A stretch of 63,819 nucleotides of DNA, filler included, from Bdellovibrionota bacterium (lineage in GTDB: Bacteria > Bdellovibrionota > Bdellovibrionia > Bdellovibrionales > JAEYZS01), in the NCBI GenBank assembly GCA_963169515.1. It is 6 parts of 6 records of this genome, joined end to end, with 100 filler letters (N's around TTAATTAATTAA, not from the genome) between each part and the next. Parts side by side here need not be neighbours in the genome. Positions count along the whole stretch, not along the records: positions 28,319 to 40,581 come from CAUJEF010000081.1; positions 40,682 to 60,858 come from CAUJEF010000082.1; 4 more parts are not named here. One strand, written 5' to 3'. The translations under genes were made by a program, and so were the position numbers. Positions 38,116-47,616 of this stretch are shown here, piece after piece. The notes beneath the pieces were generated by a model. It saw nothing but the letters and a program-made list of their open reading frames with translations. It did not search any database and was not told the DNA's origin. Positions within the stretch are counted from its first letter, which is position 1, and every line of letters starts with the position of its first letter.

Positions 38116-39588
38116 CTACGTGTTTCTCCTCATCGTCGGAAAAAGAATGATGTCCCGGATACTCGGTTGGTCCGTGATAATCATTACCAATCGTTCCACC
38201 CCCAAACCCACGCCGCCTGTGGGTGGCATTCCAACGTCAATGGCATGTATGAAGTCCTCATCTATAGGCTGATGCTGCTCACCCACTTTGCGATCTTGTT
38301 CCTGCAGACGGCTCAGCTGTTCTTCTGGATCGTTCAACTCCGAATACGCGTTTCCCAGTTCCATCTGGGCAACGTAAGGCTCAAAACGCTCCACAAGCTT
38401 GCTATTTTTTCTATGCACTTTTGTGAGCGGAGAAATTTCAATTGGATGATCTGTCACAAATGTTGGTTGCCACAATTGCTTTTCGACAACCTGATCAAAC
38501 AACATCATAACCATTTCCCCATGGCTTTCGGGCTTTTCAACATCTGCCCCCAGTTTTTGCAACTCCTTAAATATTTCGGCCGCACTCATTTTGATTACAT
38601 CGTACCCACCGTGCTCTTTGAGCGCGTCGTAAACAGTAACTCTCCTCCACGGTGGTTTAAAATCAATTTCCTTTCCCTGATAGCTCACGACAAAAGACCC
38701 CGTAACTGTTTTTACAACATGGGACACGAGGTCTTCGAACTGTTTCATTTGATAATTGTAATCGGTGTAGGCTTCGTACCACTCAAGCATCGTAAATTCA
38801 GGATTATGCGATCGATCGATGCCTTCGTTTCGAAAGTTTTTATTTAAGTCGTAAACTTTCTCAAACCCGCCGACGATTAAACGCTTTAAGTAGATCTCTG
38901 GAGATATTTTCATGTACAACGTCATATCCAGCGCGTTGTGCTTTGTCGTAAAAGGCTTGGCTGCGGCTCCACCGTAAAGCGGCTGTAAGATTGGCGTTTC
39001 AACCTCAAGAAAGCCACGGGCATCTAAAAAATTACGAACTTCTTTAATAATTTTTGATCTTGTTTCAAAAATCTTACGGCTTTCAGGGCTCATAATAAGA
39101 TCCAAATGCCGAAGGCGATATTTCAATTCCACGTCAGCCAAACCATGAAATTTTTCAGGAAGTGGTTCGATTGTTTTTGTAAGCATCACAAATTTTTGTG
39201 CGTGAAGGGACAGTTCCCCTGTTTTTGTGCGAAATGGATACCCTTCAACACCAACAATATCACCCAGATCTAAGTTTTCGTAACTGAAGCGATCCACTTC
39301 TGGCAGTTCTTCTATTTTTAAGTACACTTGCACAGATCCTGATTGATCACTGATATTAAAAAACGCAGCTTTCCCCATCGGCCGACGTGTTAACACCCGA
39401 CCCGCGAGGCAAACATTATTCTTTTCTATTAATTTTTCCTGAACACCAAGGCTATTAAATTCCTTGTGGAATTCTACCGCTGTATGAGTTCGGCTGTAGG
39501 CATAGGGGAATGGGTTTATTCCCCTCTCTTTGAGGGCATGAAGCTTTTTTCTTTTTTCCGCTTTGAGTGGATTATCTTTTTCTAACAT
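38116..39588 (-). CDS. lysS: Lysyl-tRNA synthetase (class II)
   Basis: PLPEKFHGL, GFLEVETP, FRNEG..RSHNPEFT, GMPPTGG.GLG. Confidence 0.98.
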   Translation of the reverse strand: MLEKDNPLKAEKRKKLHALKERGINPFPYAYSRTHTAVEFHKEFNSLGVQEKLIEKNNVCLAGRVLTRRPMGKAAFFNISDQSGSVQVYLKIEELPEVDRFSYENLDLGDIVGVEGYPFRTKTGELSLHAQKFVMLTKTIEPLPEKFHGLADVELKYRLRHLDLIMSPESRKIFETRSKIIKEVRNFLDARGFLEVETPILQPLYGGAAAKPFTTKHNALDMTLYMKISPEIYLKRLIVGGFEKVYDLNKNFRNEGIDRSHNPEFTMLEWYEAYTDYNYQMKQFEDLVSHVVKTVTGSFVVSYQGKEIDFKPPWRRVTVYDALKEHGGYDVIKMSAAEIFKELQKLGADVEKPESHGEMVMMLFDQVVEKQLWQPTFVTDHPIEISPLTKVHRKNSKLVERFEPYVAQMELGNAYSELNDPEEQLSRLQEQDRKVGEQHQPIDEDFIHAIDVGMPPTGGVGLGVERLVMIITDQPSIRDIILFPTMRRNT

Positions 39589-40514
39589 TAATCGGCCGCC
39601 ACAAAAATATCTTGGGCTTTATGAATCAAATCAATTGCTTCTTTACGTGTCCTCTGAAACGCGTTTCTTCCCATGATGCTGCCGAATGATCCACCTGCGG
39701 CCAGACCTTTTAGTTCTTCTATTACAGCATCCGTACCTTTTGCAGGTCCTCCGCTGAAAATCACGATACGCTTACCATTGAAACAACTTTGCACAACATG
39801 GCGCACACGATCTTCTAATGTTGCTATAGGGATTTTTTGTTCTTCGTAAACTTTTTTAGCTTCTTTTTGTTCAATATGTGCGGTTGGGGGTTTTACCTTT
39901 ACGATATGAGCCCCCAATTGGGCTGCAATTTGAGCAGCATATGCAATCACGTCAATCCCTGTTTCCCCGTCTTTCGAAATTTGTTCGCCACGAGGATAGG
40001 ACCAAATAACAACCGCAAGGCCGGCTTGCTTTGCTTGTTCTGCGATTCGTGCAATTTCTTCGTACATTTGCTTTCTTTGAGAGCTTCCGGGATAGATCGT
40101 AAATCCAATTGCCGAGCAGCCCAGTCGCAATGCAGTTTCAACAGATCCAGTGACTGCTGAAATTGGGCCTTCAGGCGAGAACAGGACGTCTGAGTTGTTC
40201 AATTTTAAAATCAGGGGGATTTGCCCAGCATACTCGCGAGCGACTGAATCGATAAATCCAAGGGGTGCAGCATAAGCGTTACAACCGGACTCCATGGCAA
40301 GCTCACAGTGATAAATTGGATCGTAACCCGCAGAGTTCTTTGCAAAACTTCGTGCCGGGCCATGCTCGAATCCTTGATCCACTGGCAAAATCACAAGCTT
40401 CCCCGACCCACCAATGCGTCCGTGATTTAAAATTCGTGTCAAATTGGCAAGTACCCCTGGATTATCGGAACCGTACCAACTTAAAATTTCCCGAACTCTT
40501 GTATTTTCAGCCAT
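39588..40514 (-). CDS. fbaB: Class I fructose-bisphosphate aldolase (DhnA type)
   Basis: ILPVDQGFEHGP, IWSYPRG, GAHIVKVK, GRNAFQ. Confidence 0.9.
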   Translation of the reverse strand: MAENTRVREILSWYGSDNPGVLANLTRILNHGRIGGSGKLVILPVDQGFEHGPARSFAKNSAGYDPIYHCELAMESGCNAYAAPLGFIDSVAREYAGQIPLILKLNNSDVLFSPEGPISAVTGSVETALRLGCSAIGFTIYPGSSQRKQMYEEIARIAEQAKQAGLAVVIWSYPRGEQISKDGETGIDVIAYAAQIAAQLGAHIVKVKPPTAHIEQKEAKKVYEEQKIPIATLEDRVRHVVQSCFNGKRIVIFSGGPAKGTDAVIEELKGLAAGGSFGSIMGRNAFQRTRKEAIDLIHKAQDIFVAAD

Positions 40515-40552
40515 GGTTTTTCCTCTCTAGAATCTATTTATCATAAAATCAA

Positions 40553-40581
40553 AAGGTACCCACTCACTTTTGGCGTGACGG
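40553..40581. repeat. Partial copy of the 12968 palindrome arm at a contig end
   Basis: AAGGTACCCACTCACTTTTGGCGTGACGG; one mismatch against 12969-12997. Confidence 0.92.
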
Positions 40582-40681
40582 NNNNNNNNNNNNNNNNNNN
40601 NNNNNNNNNNNNNNNNNNNNNNNNNTTAATTAATTAANNNNNNNNNNNNNNNNNNNNNNNNNNNNNNNNNNNNNNNNNNNN
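40582..40681. other. Artificial contig linker
   Basis: N44-TTAATTAATTAA-N44. Confidence 0.98.
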
Positions 40682-40683
40682 CG

Positions 40684-41205
40684 GCTCCAGGTAGACTGGA
40701 TTTACTTGAAAAGTATTCCTTGTGCGCGAATAACTACTGCGTGGTGCATCCGGGTATGGGGGGGTCTGCATTAAATTGGTCACCAGACATTTATGCGGAT
40801 TTGATTGGAAGATTGGCAAAAAAACAGACTGTTGTTGTGACTGGGGCGGTACAAGACAAAAAATGGGTGGATCCAATCCGCGAGCAATTGGGCAAGATGC
40901 AGAATGTGGTTTGGTTGGACCAGAAACTTTCTATTTTAGAGGTTCTAGATATTTTGAAATTTTCAAAAATAGTTATCGCTCCAAGCACAGGGATAGTCCA
41001 TTTGTCGGCGTCGCTCGGAACCCCCACTGTGGGTATATATAGCCCCGTTACGGCGGAATCCCCTACGCGTTGGGCGCCGAAGGGCAGGCGTGTAAGAACT
41101 TTAGTCCCAAAATTGACTAGCCAAAAGGGCGAGTCTGACGTAATGAGATTTTTAAAAGTAGAGGAAGTGTTAGAATCAATAGAAGAACTTACGAGCGGGA
41201 ATTGA
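40684..41205 (+). CDS. GT9 glycosyltransferase, 5'-truncated
   Basis: VVHPGMGGS, STGIVHLSASLG.PTVGIY, RWAP. Confidence 0.85.
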   Translation, partial: APGRLDLLEKYSLCANNYCVVHPGMGGSALNWSPDIYADLIGRLAKKQTVVVTGAVQDKKWVDPIREQLGKMQNVVWLDQKLSILEVLDILKFSKIVIAPSTGIVHLSASLGTPTVGIYSPVTAESPTRWAPKGRRVRTLVPKLTSQKGESDVMRFLKVEEVLESIEELTSGN

Positions 41206-42197
41206 TGGGTTTAGAGCAGGAACTTCAAAAAATCAACAAACAAAAGGTCATCGTCGTTGGTGATGTGGGGCTGGACGAATATGTGAATGGTTCGGTTAAA
41301 AGAATCAGTCCCGAAGCTCCGGTTCCTGTGGTCGAAGTTGCGCGTGAAGAGGTGCGTTTGGGCCTTGCAACTTTTGTTGCCCAAAATATTGCGACATTAG
41401 GTGGTGTGCCTTTGTTGGTATCTGTAATTGGTGAAGACAAAACGGCCGATGTTCTTTGTGGGTTATTAAAAGAAAATGGAATAAGCGAAAAATATTTGAC
41501 TCGTGATTCAAGCCGCCCAACGACGCGAAAGATGCGTATCATGTCTGAACATCACCATGTGGTACGCATCGATTATGAACATAGAAGATTTTTATCCCCT
41601 GAAATTCAAAAAAAAGTTTTGTCCAACGTCAAAGACCTTTTGCCGACGGCACAGGGTATAGTCATTCAAGATTATGCCAAGGGCGTTTTGAGCGAGTCCT
41701 GCATCCAAGAAATCATCCGCGAGGCAAAAAAATCAAAAGTTACTGTAATGGTAGATCCGCACAGGACCACGCCTGTGGGTTATTACAAGGGTGCAGATAT
41801 AATGACGCCAAATACGGAAGAGGCCATTTTGCTTTCACAGCTTCCAATTGATGATCTCAGGAAGGCATCGGATGGACTTGTAGAGGTTGGCCAAGAGCTT
41901 ATGAATAAGATTGGCTCTGAAAAAATGATTATTACTCGTGGCAAAGATGGGATTGCTCTGTTTGAAAGGTCTAAGGTTGAGTATCTACCCACTGTTGCGC
42001 GTGAAGTATTTGATGTGACAGGCGCGGGGGATACTGTCATCGCAACGCTCGCTCTTGCGGTAGCGGCCAACGTCCCATTGAAAGCTGCGTGCGAGCTTGC
42101 CAATCACGCAGCAGGCGTTGTCGTTGCTAAAATCGGATGCGTCCCCTGCACCCGAGCCGAGCTTGCAGCGTGGTGCCAGACACCATCTGTCCGGTAG
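41202..42197 (+). CDS. rfaE1: D-glycero-manno-heptose-7-phosphate kinase (HldE kinase domain, RfaE1)
   Basis: RISPEAPVPV, RPTT.K.R, DYAKG, DVTGAGDTV. Confidence 0.9.
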   Translation: MMGLEQELQKINKQKVIVVGDVGLDEYVNGSVKRISPEAPVPVVEVAREEVRLGLATFVAQNIATLGGVPLLVSVIGEDKTADVLCGLLKENGISEKYLTRDSSRPTTRKMRIMSEHHHVVRIDYEHRRFLSPEIQKKVLSNVKDLLPTAQGIVIQDYAKGVLSESCIQEIIREAKKSKVTVMVDPHRTTPVGYYKGADIMTPNTEEAILLSQLPIDDLRKASDGLVEVGQELMNKIGSEKMIITRGKDGIALFERSKVEYLPTVAREVFDVTGAGDTVIATLALAVAANVPLKAACELANHAAGVVVAKIGCVPCTRAELAAWCQTPSVR

Positions 42198-42220
42198 CCG
42201 GACGGATGGTGTCTGGCACC
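42172..42220. repeat. 23-bp inverted repeat between convergent genes (REP-like; possible bidirectional terminator)
   Basis: GGTGCCAGACACCATCTGTCCGG-TAG-CCGGACGGATGGTGTCTGGCACC, one G.T pair; the loop is the rfaE1 stop codon. Confidence 0.9.
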
Positions 42221-42222
42221 CG

Positions 42223-43302
42223 TCAAGTCAAATCCATGTCTTCTTCGATTCGGTGGTAACCGCGCCAGTGTTTGAGGCGTGAGCGTGGTTTCGTGCTCTC
42301 GGGATCGTACTCTAATAGCACATAGGTAAGCTTTGTAATTTTACCAAAGCTAGACATATCAAGTGATGTAACATCGGTCCAAGTGCCAGTATTGAAGTAA
42401 TGCTTTGACGACGGATACTGCTTAAACTGATACACATGACTATGGCCAAAAATGACGGTATGTACGCGGTCGTCTTTTAGAATTTTTTGAGCAGCCTCAC
42501 CGAGATCAGGAAAAACTTGTCCTTCCCTGAGAATTTCCAATAAAAAGCCTAAAGTAAATGGATTTTTAGAATCCTTTTTGAATGCGCTCTTAATTAAGAA
42601 CGCATACATTTTAAAAAGAGTCTTAATTGTGAACCAAGTATCTTGTAAAAGGCCCCAGCGCAGGTATGCGCGGAAGGGACGAACTTTATCAATGTGCTGA
42701 TCATGCTTTTTGACCTTCATTACAAACTCAACAAAGAAATAAGTTCCAAATGGAAGATGCAAAATCGGTTCTGGCACATTTTTTCGAATAAAGAATTTTT
42801 TAGGATCCAAACGATTAGCGACGTCATGCATATGTCCGTGTTCAATGTGAACCCCATCAAAATAATAGACTATGTTTCGATAGCGGATGCTGTATTCGAC
42901 GGCCTCGTTTAAATATTCGCGGGTTTTAGGCCAAAGCATTTCTTGGTCGTGGTTACCAATGACATATGTAATGGTATGATTGGGGCTTTTCCCAAATTTT
43001 TTTAACGCTTCAAAAAAACCAGGATGTCCAGCAACAATACGTTTTAATTTTTCGAGTGATATGGATTCTGTGAGAACGGCAAGATGATGTCCGCGATAAT
43101 CAACCTGAATTAGATTAAAAATATCACCGTTAAGAATAAGTTCCACATCGCAGTTTGCGTATTCTCCGGTGGTGTAGTAATTTACAAATTCAGAAAAACG
43201 GTCGTCGTAATGAAATTCTTCTAAAAGGTTGACGTCATCCCCCAATACGTTTTTTCCAGTTCCGAGGTGTAGGTCACTGACAACCAGTTTGATTTTCTTC
43301 AT
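42223..43302 (-). CDS. Calcineurin-like metallophosphoesterase
   Basis: SDLH, NGDIF, GNHD, EHGH, GHSH, NTGTW. Confidence 0.88.
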   Translation of the reverse strand: MKKIKLVVSDLHLGTGKNVLGDDVNLLEEFHYDDRFSEFVNYYTTGEYANCDVELILNGDIFNLIQVDYRGHHLAVLTESISLEKLKRIVAGHPGFFEALKKFGKSPNHTITYVIGNHDQEMLWPKTREYLNEAVEYSIRYRNIVYYFDGVHIEHGHMHDVANRLDPKKFFIRKNVPEPILHLPFGTYFFVEFVMKVKKHDQHIDKVRPFRAYLRWGLLQDTWFTIKTLFKMYAFLIKSAFKKDSKNPFTLGFLLEILREGQVFPDLGEAAQKILKDDRVHTVIFGHSHVYQFKQYPSSKHYFNTGTWTDVTSLDMSSFGKITKLTYVLLEYDPESTKPRSRLKHWRGYHRIEEDMDLT

Positions 43303-43320
43303 TTTAAATCCCTCGGACCG

Positions 43321-44658
43321 TCAGCTGGCTACGTATACAATGTTTCGAGTTAAATTTTTCCCACAATACATTGCTTCGTCGGCAACTTGGAGGATCTTCT
43401 TTTTGCTTTTTGCGTGCTCAGGAAAGCACGCAATTCCAATGCTCAAAGTCACGTGAACCCTGGTCCCATCAATTACAAAATCCGTAGACGCAATTTGTTT
43501 TCGAATTCTTTCTGCGACAACGGTGGATTGGTCGGTGCTTGTGTCAGATAGAACGAGTAAGAATTCATCGCCGCCGTATCGGAAGCAGTAATCCACAGAA
43601 CGAACATTCTGCTTTAATATTTTTCCAATTTCTCTTAATACCTGAGACCCAACGAGATGTCCATTTTTATCGTTAACGCTTTTAAAGTGATCAATATCAA
43701 TAAACAACACCGAAAATTTTGAGTTATCGCGTTTTACCTTTTCGATCTCCTGATCGAGCACAAGATGCAAGTACCTTTGATTGTACAGGCCAGTGACTTC
43801 ATCAACAAAGCTTAATTCTTCTACGCCATACATGCGTTCCTGAACCTGAACAATATGACAGATTTCCTTATGGAGAAATTGAAAATATTTTTGATTTTCT
43901 ACGTTGAACGATTTTGAACCCTGAAATGCGTAAAAACAGAGATTTCGGTCTTCGTGGTGGGTGAGGACGGGGAAATATAAATATTCGTCTTCGACAATAA
44001 TATTTTGTGATATCACCTTTTCGACGGAGAATTTTTCTGTGACCCTAAAGATTTCACTGGTGTTGTTTTCGTTCCAGGCTAAGACTTTTTTCTCTAGCTT
44101 TGTATGGTCTCGATTGTTTGCTTCAGTTGACGTCTGATAAAACCAGCAAATCGCTTTCTGAGCTTTTAATTCCTGTGCGGTAAAATCCATAATTGCTTTA
44201 TATGCGTCGGCTTTATTTTTACCGATCAAACGATGCTGCAGGGTGCGGAGCTGTTCTGCCAAAACCTCTCGGCGCCGAAGATCCTTCCGCAAAAAACTTT
44301 TGCTGATCAAGCGATCTAATATGTGTGCAAAGGCTTCCTTGGGACCCAAATGCTGCATTAAAACGTGATCAGGTATATTTGTGTTAAGAGGATAGGTATA
44401 TTCCAATGCCGGATCTAACACGATCGACGGGATCGTTGCATCATATTTGACGATGCTGTCAAAAAGGGGCTGATTCGGGTTATGTTTGCTCTTACTGTAA
44501 ATAACGGCGTGGATCTTTTCGCTGTGAATTAATACTTGGGCCTCTGAGAAATTGGAAACTTCATAAATATCGAAGTTTTTTGAACTCAAAAATTTTTTCA
44601 TCCCGCGAAACATATATGGCGCTTCGTCGATCAAAAGAACACCGGGCTTTGCTATCAT
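43321..44658 (-). CDS. Diguanylate cyclase (GGDEF) with degenerate receiver-like N-terminus
   Basis: DIDHFKSVND, RSVD inhibitory site, RYGGDEF. Confidence 0.9.
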   Translation of the reverse strand: MIAKPGVLLIDEAPYMFRGMKKFLSSKNFDIYEVSNFSEAQVLIHSEKIHAVIYSKSKHNPNQPLFDSIVKYDATIPSIVLDPALEYTYPLNTNIPDHVLMQHLGPKEAFAHILDRLISKSFLRKDLRRREVLAEQLRTLQHRLIGKNKADAYKAIMDFTAQELKAQKAICWFYQTSTEANNRDHTKLEKKVLAWNENNTSEIFRVTEKFSVEKVISQNIIVEDEYLYFPVLTHHEDRNLCFYAFQGSKSFNVENQKYFQFLHKEICHIVQVQERMYGVEELSFVDEVTGLYNQRYLHLVLDQEIEKVKRDNSKFSVLFIDIDHFKSVNDKNGHLVGSQVLREIGKILKQNVRSVDYCFRYGGDEFLLVLSDTSTDQSTVVAERIRKQIASTDFVIDGTRVHVTLSIGIACFPEHAKSKKKILQVADEAMYCGKNLTRNIVYVAS

Positions 44659-45455
44659 GTATCACTTCCGGTTTTTTTGATGTCGGCACTGCCGAGCCCT
44701 TCCCCTTCGAGCATGGTCAGGGCCAAACGCAAAGCTTTGACGGTACGGCGGATTTGGTCTTTGTAAGTTTGCAAATTTGCATTCAGATCTTTGCCACGTG
44801 TTTTGTAATTTTCCAGTTCGTTGGCTAATTGATCTAGTTTGTACCGCAGATCTAAAATCATTTCATCTTTACTTGTAAGCGCGACCTGACCCTCTAGCTT
44901 TAAAAGCTCCAAACGATTTTCCAGCTCTCGCTCTCGAATGCGAACGCCGTTGAGTTTTTCTTGGAGTCGACTCTGAAGCTCTTCGTTTTTTGATTCGAGC
45001 TGGGTCTTTTCGCGATTCCTTTCGTTCACAATGTTTTCCAATAAGGTCTTTTCCTCTTTGAGAATCTCATGATTGTTGCGATTTTGCTTTTCGATATTCT
45101 CGATTTTTGACACAGCAGTTTCATATTTTTTTTGAAGGATGATCGCGGCAGTCGACAGCTGTTCGTTTTCAGAGCGCAGCGTATCCAGGTTTTTTTCTAG
45201 TTCGGTAATTCTTTTTTGAGCAACTCGAAGATATTCTGATTGTTTGAGGCTTGCTTCAACATTGACCATGTGGTCTTGCATTGGACTGTGCGAAACTTGT
45301 TTTGATTTTTCCTTGGATGGAATTATGTGACTGCCGGTAATTTGAGTCTTTTCCGGATTTTTTTGTTTTAGCGGGTCCACTGTTTTGGACAATTCTTCAT
45401 CCAAAAGAAAGTGCGTAAAGTCTTCTTTAATGCCTTTGTCTTTTTTGTCAGCCAT
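44655..45455 (-). CDS. Coiled-coil hypothetical protein
   Basis: E/K/L-rich heptad pattern; coupled to the GGDEF gene. Confidence 0.75.
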   Translation of the reverse strand: MADKKDKGIKEDFTHFLLDEELSKTVDPLKQKNPEKTQITGSHIIPSKEKSKQVSHSPMQDHMVNVEASLKQSEYLRVAQKRITELEKNLDTLRSENEQLSTAAIILQKKYETAVSKIENIEKQNRNNHEILKEEKTLLENIVNERNREKTQLESKNEELQSRLQEKLNGVRIRERELENRLELLKLEGQVALTSKDEMILDLRYKLDQLANELENYKTRGKDLNANLQTYKDQIRRTVKALRLALTMLEGEGLGSADIKKTGSDT

Positions 45456-45465
45456 GCTCGTTAAC

Positions 45466-45492
45466 TTATCGGAAAGGCTGATAAAGTTTTTA
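45466..45492 (-). promoter_or_regulatory. Sigma-28-type promoter
   Basis: TAAA-N15-TCCGATAA, 10 nt upstream of the start codon at 45455. Confidence 0.6.
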
Positions 45493-45497
45493 ATTTT

Positions 45498-46412
45498 TTA
45501 CGAAAGGTCTAGTTGTACGGAACTAAAGTATTCTTTCCAGCGAGTTTGAATATCTGGCTTTGCAATTTGGATCAACTTATTCAGACCAAAGTCTTGAACC
45601 GTGAAGGATGCTAAGAGGCTTCCCTCAAAGCAAGCACTTTTAAGAGTTCGCAAATCCATGCGGCAGTTATTTTGGCAAAGATAGCCGACGAAACCGCCCG
45701 CAAAGGTGTCACCAGCGCCTGTTGGGTCAACGACTGTTGCGAGTGGAAAGGCTGGCAGCACAAAAAATTTATTTTCAAAATAGAGCAAGGAACCATACTC
45801 GCCACGTTTAATAATAACAACATTGGGTCCCATTTTTGTCAGTGATTGTGCGGCGCCAATGGCATTTTGTTCACCAGTTAAAAGCGTTGCTTCCCCTTCG
45901 TTCACGAGCAAAACGTTTGTTCTTTTTAACACAGCTTTAAGAGGCTGCAGTTTTGATTTGATCCAGTAGTTCATCGTGTCCAGAATGACCAGTTGAGGGG
46001 CATCGACTTGTTCCAAAACTTTTAACTGAATTTCGGGGTCAATGTTTGCCAAGAAAACAACCTTTGATTGTGCGTGCTCAATAGTAATGTGCGGATCAAA
46101 TGTTTCAAACACGTTCAAATGGGTTGCGAGTGTAATCGCATCGCTCATGTCGCCTTGGTAGCGGCCTTCCCAATGAAATGTTAACCCTTTTTTTCTAATG
46201 ATTCCTTTTGTGTCAATACCACGCGAGCTCAAGATTTTTAAATCAGCGTCAGTGTAGTCTTCGCCGACAACGCCAACGACCTTGATCGGAACATACATTG
46301 AGGCCGCGACAGAAAAATAATTTGCAGAGCCACCCAATGCTTTTTCTGCGTGTCCGAGCGGTGTTGAAATAGTATCGTATGCTAAGCTGCCCACGACTAA
46401 AATTGGTTCCAT
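45498..46412 (-). CDS. PfkB family carbohydrate/nucleoside kinase
   Basis: GGSANY, KRGEYG, DPTGAGDTFAGG. Confidence 0.9.
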   Translation of the reverse strand: MEPILVVGSLAYDTISTPLGHAEKALGGSANYFSVAASMYVPIKVVGVVGEDYTDADLKILSSRGIDTKGIIRKKGLTFHWEGRYQGDMSDAITLATHLNVFETFDPHITIEHAQSKVVFLANIDPEIQLKVLEQVDAPQLVILDTMNYWIKSKLQPLKAVLKRTNVLLVNEGEATLLTGEQNAIGAAQSLTKMGPNVVIIKRGEYGSLLYFENKFFVLPAFPLATVVDPTGAGDTFAGGFVGYLCQNNCRMDLRTLKSACFEGSLLASFTVQDFGLNKLIQIAKPDIQTRWKEYFSSVQLDLS

Positions 46413-46414
46413 TT

Positions 46415-47485
46415 TTATGCCCTCATTTCCTCTTGTGACATTTTTCCAGGGTGCTTTTCATACAGTGTGCGAAGCTGCCCGCAGGCGGCATAGATGTCGC
46501 GCCCCATTGTTCTGCGAATCAATACGTGCATCCCCAGGTCCATTAAGACCCTTTGAAATTGGTGAACTTCATCGCCGTTTGGTCGTTTGAAATCAGCCTC
46601 TGGATGTTCGTTGAACGGAATTAAATTGATTTTACATTCAAGGCCGCGAGTAAGTTTGTGTATGCGCTTTGCATCGTCAGTGGAATCGTTTACACCCTTC
46701 AACAACACATATTCAAAGGTAATGCTTTCTTTTGTTTTCTTGTAATAATCTTTGCAGGCCTGAAGCAAAACTTCCAGAGGATATTTGCGATTGATTGGCA
46801 TAATTTTATCGCGCAGATGGTTTGTGGTTGCGTTCAGGCTTACGGCAAGGCGTGCCCCAGAATTTGCGATCAGATCAATTTGTGGAACCAGGCCCGAAGT
46901 AGAAACCGTAATTCGCTTTCGGGAAAAGTTTAACCCCACTTGGTCATGCAGAATATCGATGGCTTTAAAAACATTTTCAGGATTATCCAGGGGCTCACCC
47001 ATTCCCATAAATACAACATTTGAAATTCGCTCTTCTGCGGGGAGAGCCTTTTGAACCATCAAAAACTGTAGAACAATTTCTCCAGCCGTTAAACGCTTTT
47101 TCAATTTTTGTTTTGCGGTAAAGCAAAACTGGCAAGCCATGTTGCAACCGACCTCTGATGACACGCACAAAGTGCGCCGATCTTCTGAAGGGATCAAAAC
47201 GCTTTCGATCGTATCCCCATTCGCAAGTTTGAATAAAAACTTCCGAGTCCCATCGACGCTTTTAAGGTGACTGACCATTTCAAGATTTGAAATGTCAAGC
47301 AATTGGGGTAAATCTCTGCGGAACTCTTTAGATAAATTAGTCATTTGCTCAAAATCGCTTACCCCCTTTGTGTAGACCCATTGAAACAATTGGTGTGAGC
47401 GAAATTTTTCTTTTCCGTAAGACTTTACAAGGTCCTGCAGTTCTGGGCGGGTAAGATTAAAAAAATGAGGTCGTGGTTCTGCCAT
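46415..47485 (-). CDS. rlmN: Radical SAM 23S rRNA/tRNA m2A methyltransferase
   Basis: GCNMACQFC, FMGMGEP, INLIPFN, AACGQL. Confidence 0.95.
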   Translation of the reverse strand: MAEPRPHFFNLTRPELQDLVKSYGKEKFRSHQLFQWVYTKGVSDFEQMTNLSKEFRRDLPQLLDISNLEMVSHLKSVDGTRKFLFKLANGDTIESVLIPSEDRRTLCVSSEVGCNMACQFCFTAKQKLKKRLTAGEIVLQFLMVQKALPAEERISNVVFMGMGEPLDNPENVFKAIDILHDQVGLNFSRKRITVSTSGLVPQIDLIANSGARLAVSLNATTNHLRDKIMPINRKYPLEVLLQACKDYYKKTKESITFEYVLLKGVNDSTDDAKRIHKLTRGLECKINLIPFNEHPEADFKRPNGDEVHQFQRVLMDLGMHVLIRRTMGRDIYAACGQLRTLYEKHPGKMSQEEMRA

Positions 47486-47616
47486 TGCGAGCGGGATACT
47501 AGCACTTAGTTCTGCACCCCGCCACTGTAAATTGATCCACCCCAGCGTATCAGATATTTGGCAAAAATTTTTGATAAGCTATTGAAACCACGAGTTTTTT
47601 TGTCTACGATTGGGAC

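Noticed and set aside
38080..38847. 255-aa plus-strand ORF and similar long overlapping ORFs
   Set aside because: Antisense shadows of well-supported genes such as lysS, purM and ftsH.
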